DNA of 64,000 nucleotides from NCBI GenBank assembly GCA_004431415.1, contig QPMI01000150.1, positions 155,668 to 219,667 on the forward strand, read 5' to 3'. Below, in pieces: positions 1 to 13,232 of the stretch. The notes beneath the pieces are model-generated. The model searched no databases. It was not told the origin of the DNA and saw only the letters and a list, made by a program, of their open reading frames with translations. Made by a program: the position numbers and the translations under genes. Source of the stretch: Cyanophora paradoxa CCMP329. Its lineage: Eukaryota > Plantae > Glaucophyta. How positions within the stretch are numbered: position 1 is the stretch's first letter; every line of letters starts with the position of its first letter.

Positions 1-32
1 TTTGGAGAATGCTAATCACGATGTCGGGCGCG

Positions 33-2585
33 CTACGGGCTCCAGAGGCCGAGCCCCAGGCCCGGCGTCGGCGCCGCGCCCTCCAGATCGAGGCCCCCGG
101 GCTCCGGGTCCGGCGGCGCGCCGGCCCCTTGCGGGGGCCCGAGGGCGGGGTCGAGGGGGAGGAGCTCGGGCAGGCCCAGCCCGAAGAGGGAGAAGGGCGG
201 CGAGAGGAGCTCGCCCGGCAGCGCTAGCGGCGGCACCGCCCCGTCCGCTTCGGAGCGGGCCCCGGCAGACGGCGCCGGGGCGAAGAACTCGAAGGTGGGC
301 GCGTGGAGGCCCCCGAAGTCCAGGGGCGGCGCGGCGTCCGGGTCCGGGTCCGGAGGCGTCGCCACCGGCGCCGGCGACGGCGCCTGCGAGAGCGCCGGCG
401 GCGTCCGCTGCTCCTGCAGGAAGTGCGCCAGCTGCGGGGGGTACAGTGAGCGGCGCCGGGGCAGCGAGGGTGGGGGGTACGCGCCTCCCTCGCGACGGCC
501 TGGCGGATGAGGTCCCGTAGCAGATCGGGGGGTACCCCCGCCCCCGCCGGCGCGGGGGCGGAGGCCGCAGCAGGCGCGCCCGACGGCGGCGCGTGCGGCG
601 CCCGATCGGGCTCCGAGTCCGCGGCGCGCTTCCGTTGTGCTGGCCCCGGCGCCTGCACCGGTGTTCCGGAGCGAAGGACGGGAGGAGAGGGCAAGGGCGA
701 GGCGGCGGCGGGTGCGGGAACGGGGGTACGGAGGGCAGGGGACGGGCCGCCCGGGGTAGAGGGCACGGGGGCGAAAGGGTTACGGGCGGGTGCCGCGGGC
801 GGCGGCGGGGGCGGGGTCGGCCGGGCAGCGTAGGCGCTCTCCTTCTTGAGGCCCGCGGGAGGCACCGGCGCCGGCGCCGGAGCGGCTGGCGCGGAGAGGT
901 CGAGCCTGTAGCCGATGAAGCGGTCCTGCAGCATCGGCAGGTGCCTGCCGCCACCGCCGCGCGCGCGCACGGGCGGTAGTCAGCAGGCCGGCCGGACAGG
1001 CAGAAGGGCGCGAGAAAGGGAATGAAACAAGGAGCGCACGCATCGTTCCAGGCCACGCGTCCGGCCATCTGCGCGGGGCGGGGCGGGACGGTCAGAGGCG
1101 GAGGGGGCGCGGGACCCGCCCCGGCCCCGGCATGCGGGCGGGCCTGCTCGGGGCGGAAGATGCCGAGGGCGAGGGGGTTGCAGGCGTAGTGGAACCACGC
1201 GTCGTCCACCTCGACCTCCCCACCCAGCGCCTGCCGGGGGCGAGGGGCGTGAGACGGGGCGTGCAGCAGCAGCAGGGGCAGGGGAAGGCAGGGCGCCGCA
1301 CGATTGCCTGCTCGATGAGGACTGCGCGCGGGGGGCGCCGCAGCGCCGCGGGGCGCGCCGGCGTCAGTCTTTGGGGAAGGAGAGGAGGGGGGGGGGGGGG
1401 GGGGGGGGGGAATGGGCGCGCACGCCGGAGGCGCCGGCGTCTGTCGAGGACCTGGGCGCAGCGCTCGCGTGAGCCCGGCGGGCACAGGGGAGCGGGGGGG
1501 GGGAAGCGCTGCGCCTTCTCGAAGCGGTCGGCGTTGGCGGAGAGGAAGCGGCGGAACTCCTGCGGGCGGCGCTGGGCCCGGGGGCGGCGCGGGCGGGAGG
1601 GCCGGGCCCCGCGCACCTTGCGGTCCTCCGGCAAGACGTGGCCCGGCGCCCCCGCCGGCGGCTGCAGCCGGAGGCTCTGAGAGGCGCGCCCCCGGGGGCG
1701 GGGGGGGGGGCAATGAGTGGGGGTACCGTCTCGAACATGTGGTAGATCTCCCGTTCGACCGGATCTTCGGGCTCGGCTGCCGGTGGCGCCCTTCGATCTC
1801 GAGGCGGGCGCGGAGGGGGCGTGCGCACGCTTGCCCGCCTCGCTCACGCGCAGCCAGGTCAGCAACACAGACCTGGCGAGGGCGTCAGCGCGGGGGACAG
1901 GACCTGCGAAAAGCCAAGGGACTGGGGCGCGCAATAAGATCTCCTGCGCGCCGGGCACGCGTGAGCGCGGCGCCGCGCGCCGGTCGGGCGGGCGCGGGCG
2001 GGGGGCGGGGCGGCGCGCCGAGTGCGCGATGGGGGGTATGATGTGCTTGAGCTCCCTTATGAGGTGCGTGGCCGTCGCCGTCGCGCTGCGGCGCGCTGCA
2101 CCGCTGTTCAGAGCCGCGGGGCGGGGGCGCGGGGGAGGAGGGGCAGGCGCGCGCGCCTTCCAGAACCCGCTGGATGCTTGGCAGGAGGGCGTTCGGGAGG
2201 CTCTTGTTCAGGTGATCGATGGCCGTCCGCTGCGCACGCGCGGCGCCGACGAGCTCAGCCGGAGCCGCGACGGGCGGGGCGGGGCGGGGCGCTCGCCATG
2301 CTCGCGCGGAAGTCGTCCATTGCGTGGTTCACGTTCAAGTGGGTCCCCGCCAGCTTCTGCCGCATCTGCTCCAGCTCCTGCAGGAACCACCCGCCGTCAA
2401 AGGCTCCGCGGCCGGCTGCGAGTTGGGCGCCGGCGCCGGCGCACCTCTTTCAGCTGCGCATTCTCCACCGCCAGCGCGCGCTCGTTCGCCTTCTTTCGCT
2501 CTCTGAAGCGCCTGCTCGCCTCCTTGCTCTTCTCTTTCTTGCCGTCCACGTTCACGCGCCCGGGCGTGTCGTCGCCGCTGGTCAT
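33..2585 (-). CDS. Multi-exon bZIP-domain protein (putative transcription factor)
   Basis: ATG at 2585 gives MTSGDDTPGRVNVDGKKEKSKEASRRFRERKKANERALAVENAQLKE..ELEQMRQKL, a basic region plus leucine heptads. Further exons (DPVEREIYHMFET, FRRFLSANADRFEKAQRF, DDAWFHYACNPLALGIF) are separated by C-rich short introns. The Pro/Leu-rich last exon ends at the stop at 33-35. Internal exon structure is approximate. Confidence 0.6.
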
Positions 2586-3249
2586 GGCGGCGGGCGTGGG
2601 CGAGCGAGCTGTGTGCGCCTGCATCGCCGCCGAGGCTCGATGAGGTGTAGATGCCGTTTGCACAGGGCTGCTGAACTCCCCTCTCGTCGGTGCGATCGCC
2701 TGCCGCTGCGCATGCCGTACGTCATGGTGCGTCAGAGCCGCCGAGCGACGGGCCGCAGCCAGTGCTAGCTAGCGATCGATCGAGCAGGCTCACCACCACA
2801 CACGGCGGCTGCGGTACCGTGCCGATCCCGCGGCTACTCCGGCCTGTCCGACGCGCTCGGCCGCATCGCTCCGGCGAGTTGGCGCTCGATTCGCTCGTTG
2901 GCGCGAAGCCGGTGCTGCCTGCCGATGCTCCTGGCGCTGTCAAGGGCCACGCTGCTCGAAACTCCCCCGTCGGGTGCCGAACCAGCGTCCCGCGAAGACC
3001 CGGTTCGACGTCGACGAAAATGCCGCCAGGCCCGACGCAGGCGACCCCTGACCCTGGCGGAGGTGCGTAGTGGCCCTGTATAGCTCGCGTGAGGCATAGG
3101 ACGCTCCACGCGCGCGATATCTTGAAAAGCAGCTGCCCGCCGGATCCGCGGCCTCAGGGGCCCGAACATGGCTCCTTAAGCGCGTATCTAGCAACGACAA
3201 GGCAATCCACTTCTAGAATCTCAAGCTAAGCGCCCGCGCGCAGGCCGCG

Positions 3250-6200
3250 ATAGTGTCCAGCACGGCTGGGGCGTCAACGACGCCATCCTGGACGCCATCG
3301 ATGCTGCGGCGAGGGATACGGGTCAAGCAACGGCGTGGGCCCGCGCCCCGAAGCCGCCCCGGCGCGTCCTCCCGCAGTTCCAGCGGCAGCGCAGCGGGCG
3401 GGGCGAGCGCGCGGCTCAGCAGCCCGTCCCGCCCCTGCCGCTCGGGCAGCTGGAGGAGTCGCTGCCTCCCGTCGTCGGAGCGGCCGCTGCGGGTCAGCAG
3501 CGCGAGCGGAACCCGTCGCCGCCGGCCGCCGGCTCGGGCCGCGCGGCGACGTCCGCCTCGCCGCGGCCGCTGGGGCGCCGCGGCTCCGGCGTCCCGTCGA
3601 CGGTGCCGGAGCTGGAGGAGCCTGGCCCCGCTGCCACCGCCGCCCCACCGCCGGCAGCCGCCCGCCCGCCGGCCGCCTCGGGCAGCCACTCCCCCCGCAC
3701 CCGCCCCGCACCCGCCCCGCGTCGCCACCGCCCCGGGCCCCCCGGGTACGGCTCCTACCGCGAGTTCACCCCCGGCTACGGCTCCCGCCTGCACAGCCGG
3801 GGCGCCGACTCCGCGCCGCAGTCGGCCCGGGCCTGGACGGCCGGCGCCCCGCCGGCCGCCGCCTCGCGCGCCGTGGACCCGCCCGCGCTCTGGGGCTTCG
3901 AGGCGGCCCCCGCGCGCCCCGCGGCCTCCTCGGCGCGCTACGAGCGGGTCGTGTACGTGACGGTGCCCTCGGCGGCGGCGGTGCCCCCCGGGACGGCCCC
4001 CTCCGACGTCGTCGAGCTGGGCGCCCCGCCCCGCGAGGCCGCCGGGAGCGACGCCATCTTCATGTCCACCCTCCTCGGCCCCGCCAACCCCTCCCAACTC
4101 CCCCACGCCGCCCCCGCCCCCGACGTCGGGCCCTCCCGCGTACCCCCCCAGTTCCACGTCTACGAGGCCAGCCCCCTCCCCATCACCGGCCGCGGCATGC
4201 GCGAGGTCCAGTACCCCCTCCCGCTCCTTCTCCCCCCACCCACGCTTTCGGCGCAGTCGAAGAGCTTCGGGGACTCGCGCGTCTACGAGCGGCTCGTCTT
4301 CCCCACCGCCCGCCCCACCGGCCGCGAGGAGGTCCGCCTCGTTCTCGTACCCCCACAAACCCGAACCGTCCGGACTCGAACCCGCGCAGGTCCTGCACCT
4401 CGCGAACGCGCTGCAGCGCATGCTGCTGGCCGTCGCCGCCTCCAGCCCCCGCCGCCGGCGCGCCCTCCCCGGCCGCCCGCCGGCTCCCGTACCCCCTCTC
4501 ACGCCCCTTCCGCAGCCCGCCCGACGCGGAGGGCGACGAGGAGCCCGTGTGGTGCGCCCGGCCCCGCTGCCCTCCAACCCCCCCCCCCCCCCAACCCCCC
4601 CCCCCCCCACCCCCCACCCCCTTTCCTCGCTTACCCTCTCCCCCTCTCTGCCAGGGCGCGGTACCCCGACCCGGAGGAGCTCTTCGGGCCCGAGCTGCGC
4701 TGCTGGGACGTCGCCTTCCACGAGCTCGTCCGCCAGGCCCGTACCCCCCTCCCGCCCGTGACGCGTACCCCCCTTTCCTTCCCTTACCCCCTCTCAGGTC
4801 CGGTGCCACTGCTGGGAGCGCGGGGAGCTGCTCGAGCGCATCCGTTCGAGGCAGTCGCCCACCCCCGCGCGCCTGGAAACCGCGTACCCCCTCACCAATT
4901 TCCGGGCAGGCACGGGGCGATCTTCCGAGAGGCGTTCGAGGCGGCGCGGGCGGCCCGCCGGGAGCTCGAGGCGGAGGAGGCCGCCCTTCAGGTCCGCGTA
5001 CCCCGGCTGCTTCGCTTCCGTACCCCGGCGACCGGGGCGCCGGGGCGGCGTGCAGGCGGCGACGGGGCGGCTGGCGGCCGCCTCGGCGCTGAACGCGGGC
5101 GCGGTGAGCGGCCGGGGCCCCGGCTCGACTCTCCGCAGGTCCTTCCTTCGCCCCTCCCCGCCCTGCCTTCCAGCGAGTGTGAACCGCGTACCCCAGGGCG
5201 CTCGCGGAAATGGAGGAGTCCAACGCGCGCGCCTCCTCGGAGCTCGATTCCATCCGACAGGCGCGTACCCCCTCGCCCCTTGTTCGACGTACCCCCCGAG
5301 CCCTTTCCTCCCCATCAGGAGCGGAGCACCCTCGCCGCCCGCCTCGCCCGCGCCGAGCAGGAAAACATGTGATTCCCTCCTACCCCCGGGGGCCTCTCCC
5401 TCCCCTTCAATCCCGTACCCCCTAATCCCGTACCCCCTCCCCAGGGCGATGGCGCGGAACCTGAGCCTCGCCCGCCGCAAGCGCATCCCCGAGGACCAGG
5501 TCCGACCCGGTACCCCCCGCCGGCCTCCCCACTCCTGAACGCCGTACCCCCCGCAGCTCCGGGCGGAGCTGGAGGAGGCGATCCGCCAGCGGCTGCTCCT
5601 CGAGGCCACCGGCTCCGCCCGCTGGGACCCCGAGGCATATCCACACCCCCCCCCCCCCCCCTCTTAGCGTAACCTGCCTGCACCCCCCTCTGAGCACTCG
5701 CCCCGCCAGGTGGTGGGGAGGAAGGCGGAGGAGGAATCGCTCTTCCGCCTCTACAAGGACGCCTACGACAAGATGGAGGTGCCGACCCCCCTCCATCTCT
5801 TCATCCGGTACCCCCGCGATCCTCCCCCCCCCCCCGCAGGAGATGCGGAAGGCGCAGGGGGCGCTGCTGGAGGACGAGGACTCGCGCCGCGAGGCCGCCA
5901 TCCGCTTCCTCCTCGCGCGCCCCCTCTACCCCCCCATCTCACTTTCTCTTTCTGAGTACCCCCCCCCGCAGACGTGGCAGAACGCGCGGCAGTTCCGGCC
6001 GCAGCTCTCCGCGTACTGGGCCGTGCGCATCGGCCTGTTCCACGCACCCTGCGCCCCCCTGAGCGGGGGTACAGCTCTTCTTCTGGACGGGCCTCTGCCG
6101 CCGCCGCGCCATCCTCGTGTCCCTCCTCTTCGTTCGCTCCTCCTGTACCCCCTCTCCTCCTCCGGCGCTCCTCAGTCCCCCGCAGGAGCAGCGGGAGGCG

Positions 6201-9200
6201 CGGAGGCCGCAGCCCCACGTCCGCTTCGTGGTCCGCGGATCGAATCCGAGCAGGTTTTGTTTCGTCCGCGGCCGACTGGATCTCCGCAGATGACGCAGAC
6301 GGACGCGCCGTACCCCCCTCCCTCAGAGGCCCTGCCGGCGGCCCCGACACCGGCGACGTGCCTACCCCCCGCGCCCCTCCACGCGCCCCAGCGCCCCTGA
6401 GAGGGGTACCCGCGCGCAGGCCGCTGCCGGAGGGCGAGCGGGTCTCGCAGCTCGTCCAGACGGACCCCGTCCTCATCAAGAGTGCGCCTCCCGCCGTCTT
6501 GGGGGCCGTCTCTTTGCCTCCGCGCGTCCGTTTTCTGAGCCGCGCCCGCCCGCAGCGCACGTGACGCGGGAGGCGCGGGGGGTACAGTGCCACCTGAACC
6601 CCGACGGCACCGAGGTCCTCCCCGTGAGCATCGTACCCCCCTATCTTCGCGCGCCTTGCCAGCCCAAACGCTCCGCCCAGGGTCAGCCGTCCGCGGAAGA
6701 GGCGGCGGCGGCGGCGGCAGCGACGGCCGCAGCTGCAGCGGCGGCGGAGGCGGAGGCGGAGGCGCAGCAGCCGCCGAAGGCGCCGACGCCCCCGCCGGAG
6801 CCCGAGGAAGCAGAGGAGGCGGCCCCGAAGAAGGGCCTCATCAAGAAGGCGCGCCCCAAAGTATCCGCAGCTGTGCTCTCTCTTCTTAAGGCTTCTCCCT
6901 CCTCCCAGATGGCGAACCGCAAGGTGGCGGCGCCGCCCCCGAAGCCCAAGCCGCAGCCGGCCCCGGCGGCCCCCGCCCCGCCCCCCCAGGTCCGGATCCG
7001 CCCCCGCCTTGCATCCCCGTTCCGCCGGGCCTAAGCGCGCCGGGGCCAGGCGGCCGGGGCGACCCCCGACATGCCCCTGAAGCCGTCCGAGCGCATCAAC
7101 TACAACCACGCCATGGTACCTGTGTACCCCTTGCTCCGCCGTTCCTTCCCCCTCCCCTGACTCGACCCCCTGCGCCCCAGGCGGAGCTGGAGAGGCTGCG
7201 GGGGGAAAACGCGGGGCTGAGGGAGGCGGCCGCCGCCGCCGCCCGCCGCGCCCTAGACGCAGCCCTCGGCGAGGCGCGGCCCTGCGCCCCGCGTGCCCCC
7301 TCTTATACTATTCTAAGGCGGAGGGCGCAGGTGGCGGCGGCGGCGCGGGCGGCGCTGGGGCTCGAGGGCTCCGAGGCCCGAAGCCCTCCTCCTCCCTCCT
7401 GCCCGCCGCGTCCCTCACGCCGGCGCAGGGCGGGGAGGGCCGGGGCGACGAGGACAGCCCCGCGGCGCGCCTCCGCAAGGGCACCGGGACCGTGCGCGCG
7501 CGTCGCGGGCGCCGCGCGGGCTTGGATCGGGCCCCGACGCGCGGCAGGGCGGCGGGGCGCGGCGGAGGGCGAGCGGGGACGCTTCAGGGAGCGCGGATCC
7601 GAGCCCGGGGCCGGGGTCCGGCCCGCCCAGCCCGGGGCCGCCCCTGCCCCGCGAGAAGGCAGCGCCCCGTACCCCCGCCCCCTGCCCCCGCGCCGCCTCG
7701 ACCCGCCCCCGCAGTCGCCGGCGCGGTCCCCGCGGGACGGGAAGCAGAAGGAGGAGAAGGCGGGGGCCGGTGGGAGCGCCTCGCCGGGGCGGAGGAGCCC
7801 GCGGGTGGAGGACGAGGAGGGGGAGGGGGAGGAGGACGGGGAGGTTCCCGAGCAACCCGAGCCGGCGGACTGGTGCGTCGGCTTTCTTCGCCCCGGCTCG
7901 AGGGCCGAGGGCCCGGGACGGTTCATGAATGCACGGCAGGTACGGGGCGCTGGAGGAGTCGCTGGGGGCCATCGCGGGGGGGCTGAGGCCGCCGCCCCGC
8001 CGCGGCCGCCGCCGCCCGCGCCGTCGCCCAGGCAGGCGCCCCGCCCAGGCGCCCCCCTCCGCCCCCTCACTCCTCGCAGACGGGCGCGGCGATCGCGGAG
8101 CTCGGGCGCCGCATGCGGGCGATGCAGGCGCGCCCCGCCGGCCCACGCTGCGCCCGCCCCCGCCCGCCTCTGACGGGCGGCGCAGGCGGGGGCGCGGGAG
8201 CTCATCGAGGAGAACGAGGAGCTGCGGAAGGCGCGCCCCGCCCGGCGGGGCGCCCCCCGCCCCGCCCCGCCCCGCGCCGAGCCTCCTTTCCTCGCAGGCG
8301 GTGGAGGCGATGCAGGCGGAGCTGAAGGACAAGCCCCGCATGCGCAAGCTCGCCGAGGTCCCGCCGGCCCCCGCGGGCCAGCCCCCCCGCCTGACGCCCC
8401 CGCAGATGGCGATGCGCCAGCGCAGGCCCCTCTCCATCGACAACTTCGCCAGCCTCGGTACCCCACGCGCCCTTCTCCTGGAGCGGGGGGCGTGACGCGT
8501 ACCCCCCGCAGCCTCCGGGGACCCCTACCGCGACCCGTCGTCGGACTTCAAGCGCAACGCGGGCGGCAAGGCGTGCCCGGCCGGCCGTACCCGGGGCCGC
8601 CTTCTTCCCCCCCCCCCCTCTCACCTTTGGGCGCAGGCGTGGAAGCCGGGGGGCGGGGCGGTGGCGTGGAAGAAGGACAAGAAGGGGGCGCCCGCGGAGG
8701 GGGAGGAGGAGAGCGAGGAGGAGGAGGAGGAGGAGGCGGCGCCGGGGCGCCCCGCGGGGGGCGAGGACGCGTCCGCTGCGGCGAAGACGAGGTGGGCCCG
8801 CGCCGCCCGCCCCAAGACCGCCGGCGGCGGGCCCAAGTGGCCCGGCGCCGCCTCCGTGCGCCCCGCCCCGCCCCCCCCCCCGCCAACGGACGAGAAGAAT
8901 CGACGTACCCCCCTCCAGGTTCTGGGCCCGGCGCCCGTGTGGTATCTCGAAGGCATCGACCCCAACGTCGACCCCCCCGCCAACGGCGCGCCCCCCGCGG
9001 CCCCCGTACCCCTCCACTCACCTTACTCGACGCGCGCGAGGCACAGAGCTCGGACTGCGGTTCCGGCAGGGCAACAGCTGGCGCGCCGGGGGCCCGCCCG
9101 TCCCGCGCTGTACCCCGCCTGACCGCCCACCAGGCTCGCCATGGTCTCCGGGTACCCCCAGGACGAGGAGCGCAAGCCGCTGCCCCCCTCTGCTCTCCTC

Positions 9201-11175
9201 CGCGTCGTCCGGTATCCCCCCCGCCCTCAGCTTTCCCGTACCCCCCACCTCACCTGAGGTCCGCCGTCAGGGACTTCCTCCGCTCCCGTGACCTCGCCGA
9301 CGCGGCCACGGCGGCCCGGTACCCCCTCCCAGCCCCCGCGTCCCTCCCGCGCCCCACGCCGGGCCCAACCGAGCCGGGGCGTAGGGACCCGTTCCACCCA
9401 TTGCTGTACCTCCCCCTGCGGGAGGGCCGCCCCGACTGGTCCCTCAACCCCGTACCCCGCGTCCGCGACCTCCTCGCCCTCTTCTACATGGTGCCGTACC
9501 CCCGCGAGATCTCTCCCCCCCGTTCTTTCCTCATCGTACCCCGCAGGACAAGTACGGCTCAAGGCACCTCTGCGCCGTGCACGGGTACCGCCTCGTCGCC
9601 AGCATGGCGCGCGCCCCGTCCTCGAAAGAACCTTTAATTCCCCTCGGCTAAAGTGGCCCCGCAGGGGCTCGAGCGCGCGGCCTCGCCGTGGGTCGAGGCC
9701 CTCGCGCGGGTCCTCGAGGGGGGTTACTCCTTCGACGTCTTCCGCTGCATGTACGCCGGTGCGGCCCGCCGCCCAGATTCCCTCCGGCCCTCCCCTCTGC
9801 CCTCCTCCCGTCCCCCGCCAACGAGGCGGCAGGGCTGGTTGCGATGGGCCGCGGGGCGGGTGCGGCCGGCGTGGGGACGGCGCTGGCCTCGGACGGGCAG
9901 TTCGCCAGGCCCTGGCTCGACCCGTGCGCCCCGTCAGAAGCGATCGCTCGTTTGGGAAGGCTCTGAGTGCCGGGCAGGGAGCTGGCGAGGGCGGTGGCGG
10001 GGGCGGCGCTGCAGGGGCACGCCCCCGGCATCGTTGACTGGGCCCTCGCCCGCGCCGTACCCCCCCCCCCCCCCCGCCTCCTCGCCCGCCTCGCGAGCCG
10101 TACCCCCCCCCCCCCCAGGCCGACCTCTACCGGGAGGCCTGCGAGGCCGCCGAGCGCCCCGCCGACCCCGCCTCCCCGGTACCCCCCTCTGGCCCCCTCC
10201 TTTCTCGTTCCCTGAGGCCGGCGCAGCCGCGGTCGGCGCTGAGCCTGCCGGCGCCGCCCTTGGCCGCCTCCCTCGCCCCGCGGAGCTTCGCCGGGATGAC
10301 CTCGAACTCGCCCCGGCCCCCGGTGCGCCCCCGCCCCCCGTTCCCCGCCCGCCCGTCCCGCCCGCCCCGTCCCTTACAGCCCCGCGCCGCGCGCAGGCCG
10401 ACGCGGCCGGGAACCCCGTCGCCGCCCCGCTCCTCCTCCTCGCCATCTGCGAGGCCTACGTGCGCCCCTCGCGCGCCTCGAGACCCCCTACCCCTTCTCA
10501 CGGGCCCCGTACCCCAGGCCGCGGTCGAGCACGCGTTTGTCCGGTGGGTCGTCCACATCTTCGACGAGGTACCCCGCAACTTTACCCCTGACGCGCAATC
10601 CCGCACCCCGCCCGGCCCCAACGCGTGCCCGGCAGGCCTGCGGGGGCCGCCCGACGGTCTCCCGCAACGCGCTTGAGCGGCTCTTCCGCGGCAGCCTCAG
10701 CCGCTCGCGTGCGCCCCCCCGCGCTCCCGCGCCCCTGCCCCCGCGCCTCGCGCCGACGCGGCGGCAGCGGTGGCGGAGGCGGAGGGCGGCTGGACGCCCC
10801 TCGTCGCCGAGCTCTGGGCTGCCGCCGCCGCCGACGGCACCGTCCGCGCTTCCCCTCCTCGCCCCGCCCCGCCCCGCCCCGCGCCGAAGCCGCCGCGCAG
10901 GCGCCGGCGGCGGAGTCGCTGGGGCTGGCGGCCTTTGGGCGGGCGGCGGCGCGCTCGCCGCTCATGCGCGCCGTCTTCCGCGCCGCCTGCGCCGCCGTCG
11001 AGGCCGGCCCCGCCCTCCCCCGCCCGCCCCCGCCCGCCTTCCTCGCTGACGCCGCTCGCCGGCGCAGGCGGCGGAGGCGGCGGCGGCGGCGGCGTGCGTC
11101 TCGCCGCTGGACGCGTGGCGCGCCGTGCTGCGCGTCCGCGGCGGCGGCCGCGCCCCCGAGGCCGACCCGCCCTGA
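3250..11175 (+). CDS. Large multi-exon axonemal dynein light chain domain protein (AXDND1-like); boundaries approximate, may be two genes
   Basis: Spliced exons at 4260-4930 give LVFPTARPTGREEV-LHLANALQRML...WDVAFHELVRQ|VRCHCWERGELLERIR, matching the Ax_dynein_light/AXDND1 pattern FHELIRQV..C.ERG.LL. Coiled-coil and acidic exons follow, with dozens of GT/GC-AG introns. Confidence 0.55.
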
Positions 11176-12009
11176 GGGCCCTCCCGGCCTACTAGCCTGT
11201 CGATATCCCACTCCCTCCCGGCCCTCATCCTCCCCTGCCTCCCCGAATCCGGTATTATCTCGCTCCTCTCCTGAAGATCGACTCTCGTGTTTCTCTTTTG
11301 TTTGCGTCGTGTCTTCCCAACGCGCTACCGCAATCTCCCGAATGCAGCTTGATCCATGAGCGCAAGAGCTATCTCTAGAGCTATCTCTAGCTCGAGCTCG
11401 CACTACCTTCCCGCAAGCGGCCCGGGTACCATGGTAGTTGAAATCCCCCCGGCCCGCACGGCGCCACTGCGGCACGCAAATACCGTGACCCATGTCCGAA
11501 AGACGGCGAGCTCCCTGAGTCCTTCTGCGCTAGCTGCGCTAATCCGGCTATAGCTAGCTATAGCCGCGCTTGCTATGTAAAGCTGGTGCGCAACACTAGC
11601 GGTTATAGATAGCTGCTTGGGCGCTAGCGCTGGAACCGATAGCTTAAGCTTCGGGCGTGAGAAGTCATCGCGATCGCCGGCTAGCGCTAGCCGGCCCGGC
11701 GCCGCGATCAAATTCTGGAAGTCGAAAAAAAAGTCATCATGATCAGTCATGATCACCTGATTTTTTTTGCAAAAGTGGACGTCGCATTGATACACCACGG
11801 CACATGTATCAACAGTCATGATCACCTGAGGCGATTGCGGCCACCTGACGCTTGGGCAGTCACCTGACGCGCGGGCAGCTGCAGGGGTTAGTCCCCCGCC
11901 CGCGAAGGAAGTTCAACTGTTAACTTAGTAAAGCACTTCGGCAAAACACACTCGATCAGAGCCTTCGAGCGCAGCGCTAGCATTGCGCACACAGCATTGC
12001 AGCAGCAGC

Positions 12010-13232
12010 ATGATGGCCACAGGGAAGGGAAAGGCTGCTCCGGCAGGTGCACTCGCCTGCGCGCGCACCAGACGCGCGCCATGTGAATGCTCACGAGCGC
12101 GCGCGCATCAGGTGTGCCGATATCGATTGAAAACGAGGCGGACAGCAGCGACGTTGAAGGTCGCAATGAAGGCGGGCCGGCGTCGACCTCACCTTCCGGC
12201 CCGCAGCTGGCTCAGTCGTCGAGCTCGAAGAACCCATGGCCAGCTGCAGGCCCGGCCGGGACGCAGGCCATGGCGCCCGCCCCTGGCGCCGTATTTGTCG
12301 GCCATGGCCAGCAGACGTGCAACCCGCGGCCGTTGAAGCGCACCTTTCAGCTGGCCATGGCCCAGGATCCGGATCCGGATCCGGAGGCCCAGCCGCAGCC
12401 GCAGCCGCAGCCGCAGGAGTTCGGGGCGGCCAAGCGCCGACGGGGCCGGCCGACGAAAGGCGATTCCAGCGTTCCGAAAGACCGCATCCGGATGCTCATC
12501 TACAAGCACCTGCCCTTCATGAACGGCCTCGCTCGCGAGGACGGGTTGTTGGAGAGTTCCGCGAACCTCAGCGACGAGCAGAGGTGCATGCTCGTGGCTG
12601 CGTACCAAGGCTTCATCAAGAGCGCCTTCACGCAAGACTTGGCCAAGTCGACAGCCAAACACTGGGCGGATCTGTACCTGCACGATGCGGGATTCGCCAA
12701 GTGGGGCGAGGCCCTCCCTCTTCCCCCCGTCATCGTGACCGCAAACAAGGCAATCGGGGCGCTGCGGCTGAGCATTCGCGAGATGAAGCCCAGCGAGGCT
12801 GCCTCCAACCGCATTCAGCTGCTGCAGCAGTTCGACTGCCACCCCCAGGCAGACCAGCGGGCCCAGGCCAAAAGACAAGCCTGGAAGATTAAGGGCGGCG
12901 TCTCGTATGCCACCCCGACGCACATCGTCATCCGCAAAGTCGAGCCCAGCTCCGACGAGATCGAGGTCCGAAGGGCCCTGCGGCCTCTCTCGATCGCCAA
13001 TGGCACGTGCACGTGGGCCGTCGAGACCCCCTGCCCGGTCACGCCCGGCGACAAGTACGAGCTCGTGTTTGCCGTAAAGGACTCGGAGTCGGCCTGCTCG
13101 AGCTCCCAAAAGGGCGCTGAGGGGCGGCCCCAGGCTAGCAGGCACAGCCTGCAGCTGATCTGCAGCCCCTACTCCCTCAAGATCTCGATCGGGGGGACCG
13201 CTGAGGCGCCCGTCGTCCACCCCGCCTTCTAG
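12010..13232 (+). CDS. Hypothetical protein with AT-hook-like motif
   Basis: A short exon MMATGKGKAAPA, an intron at 12047-12111, then a ~370-codon uninterrupted exon with normal amino-acid composition. It contains KRRRGRPTK, DP/QP repeats and a beta-rich C-terminus. Confidence 0.6.

Noticed and set aside
1-11500. Many long overlapping ORFs (300-590 aa) rich in P/R/A/G
   Set aside because: These are shadow frames caused by very high GC and few stop codons. The real genes are spliced across frames.
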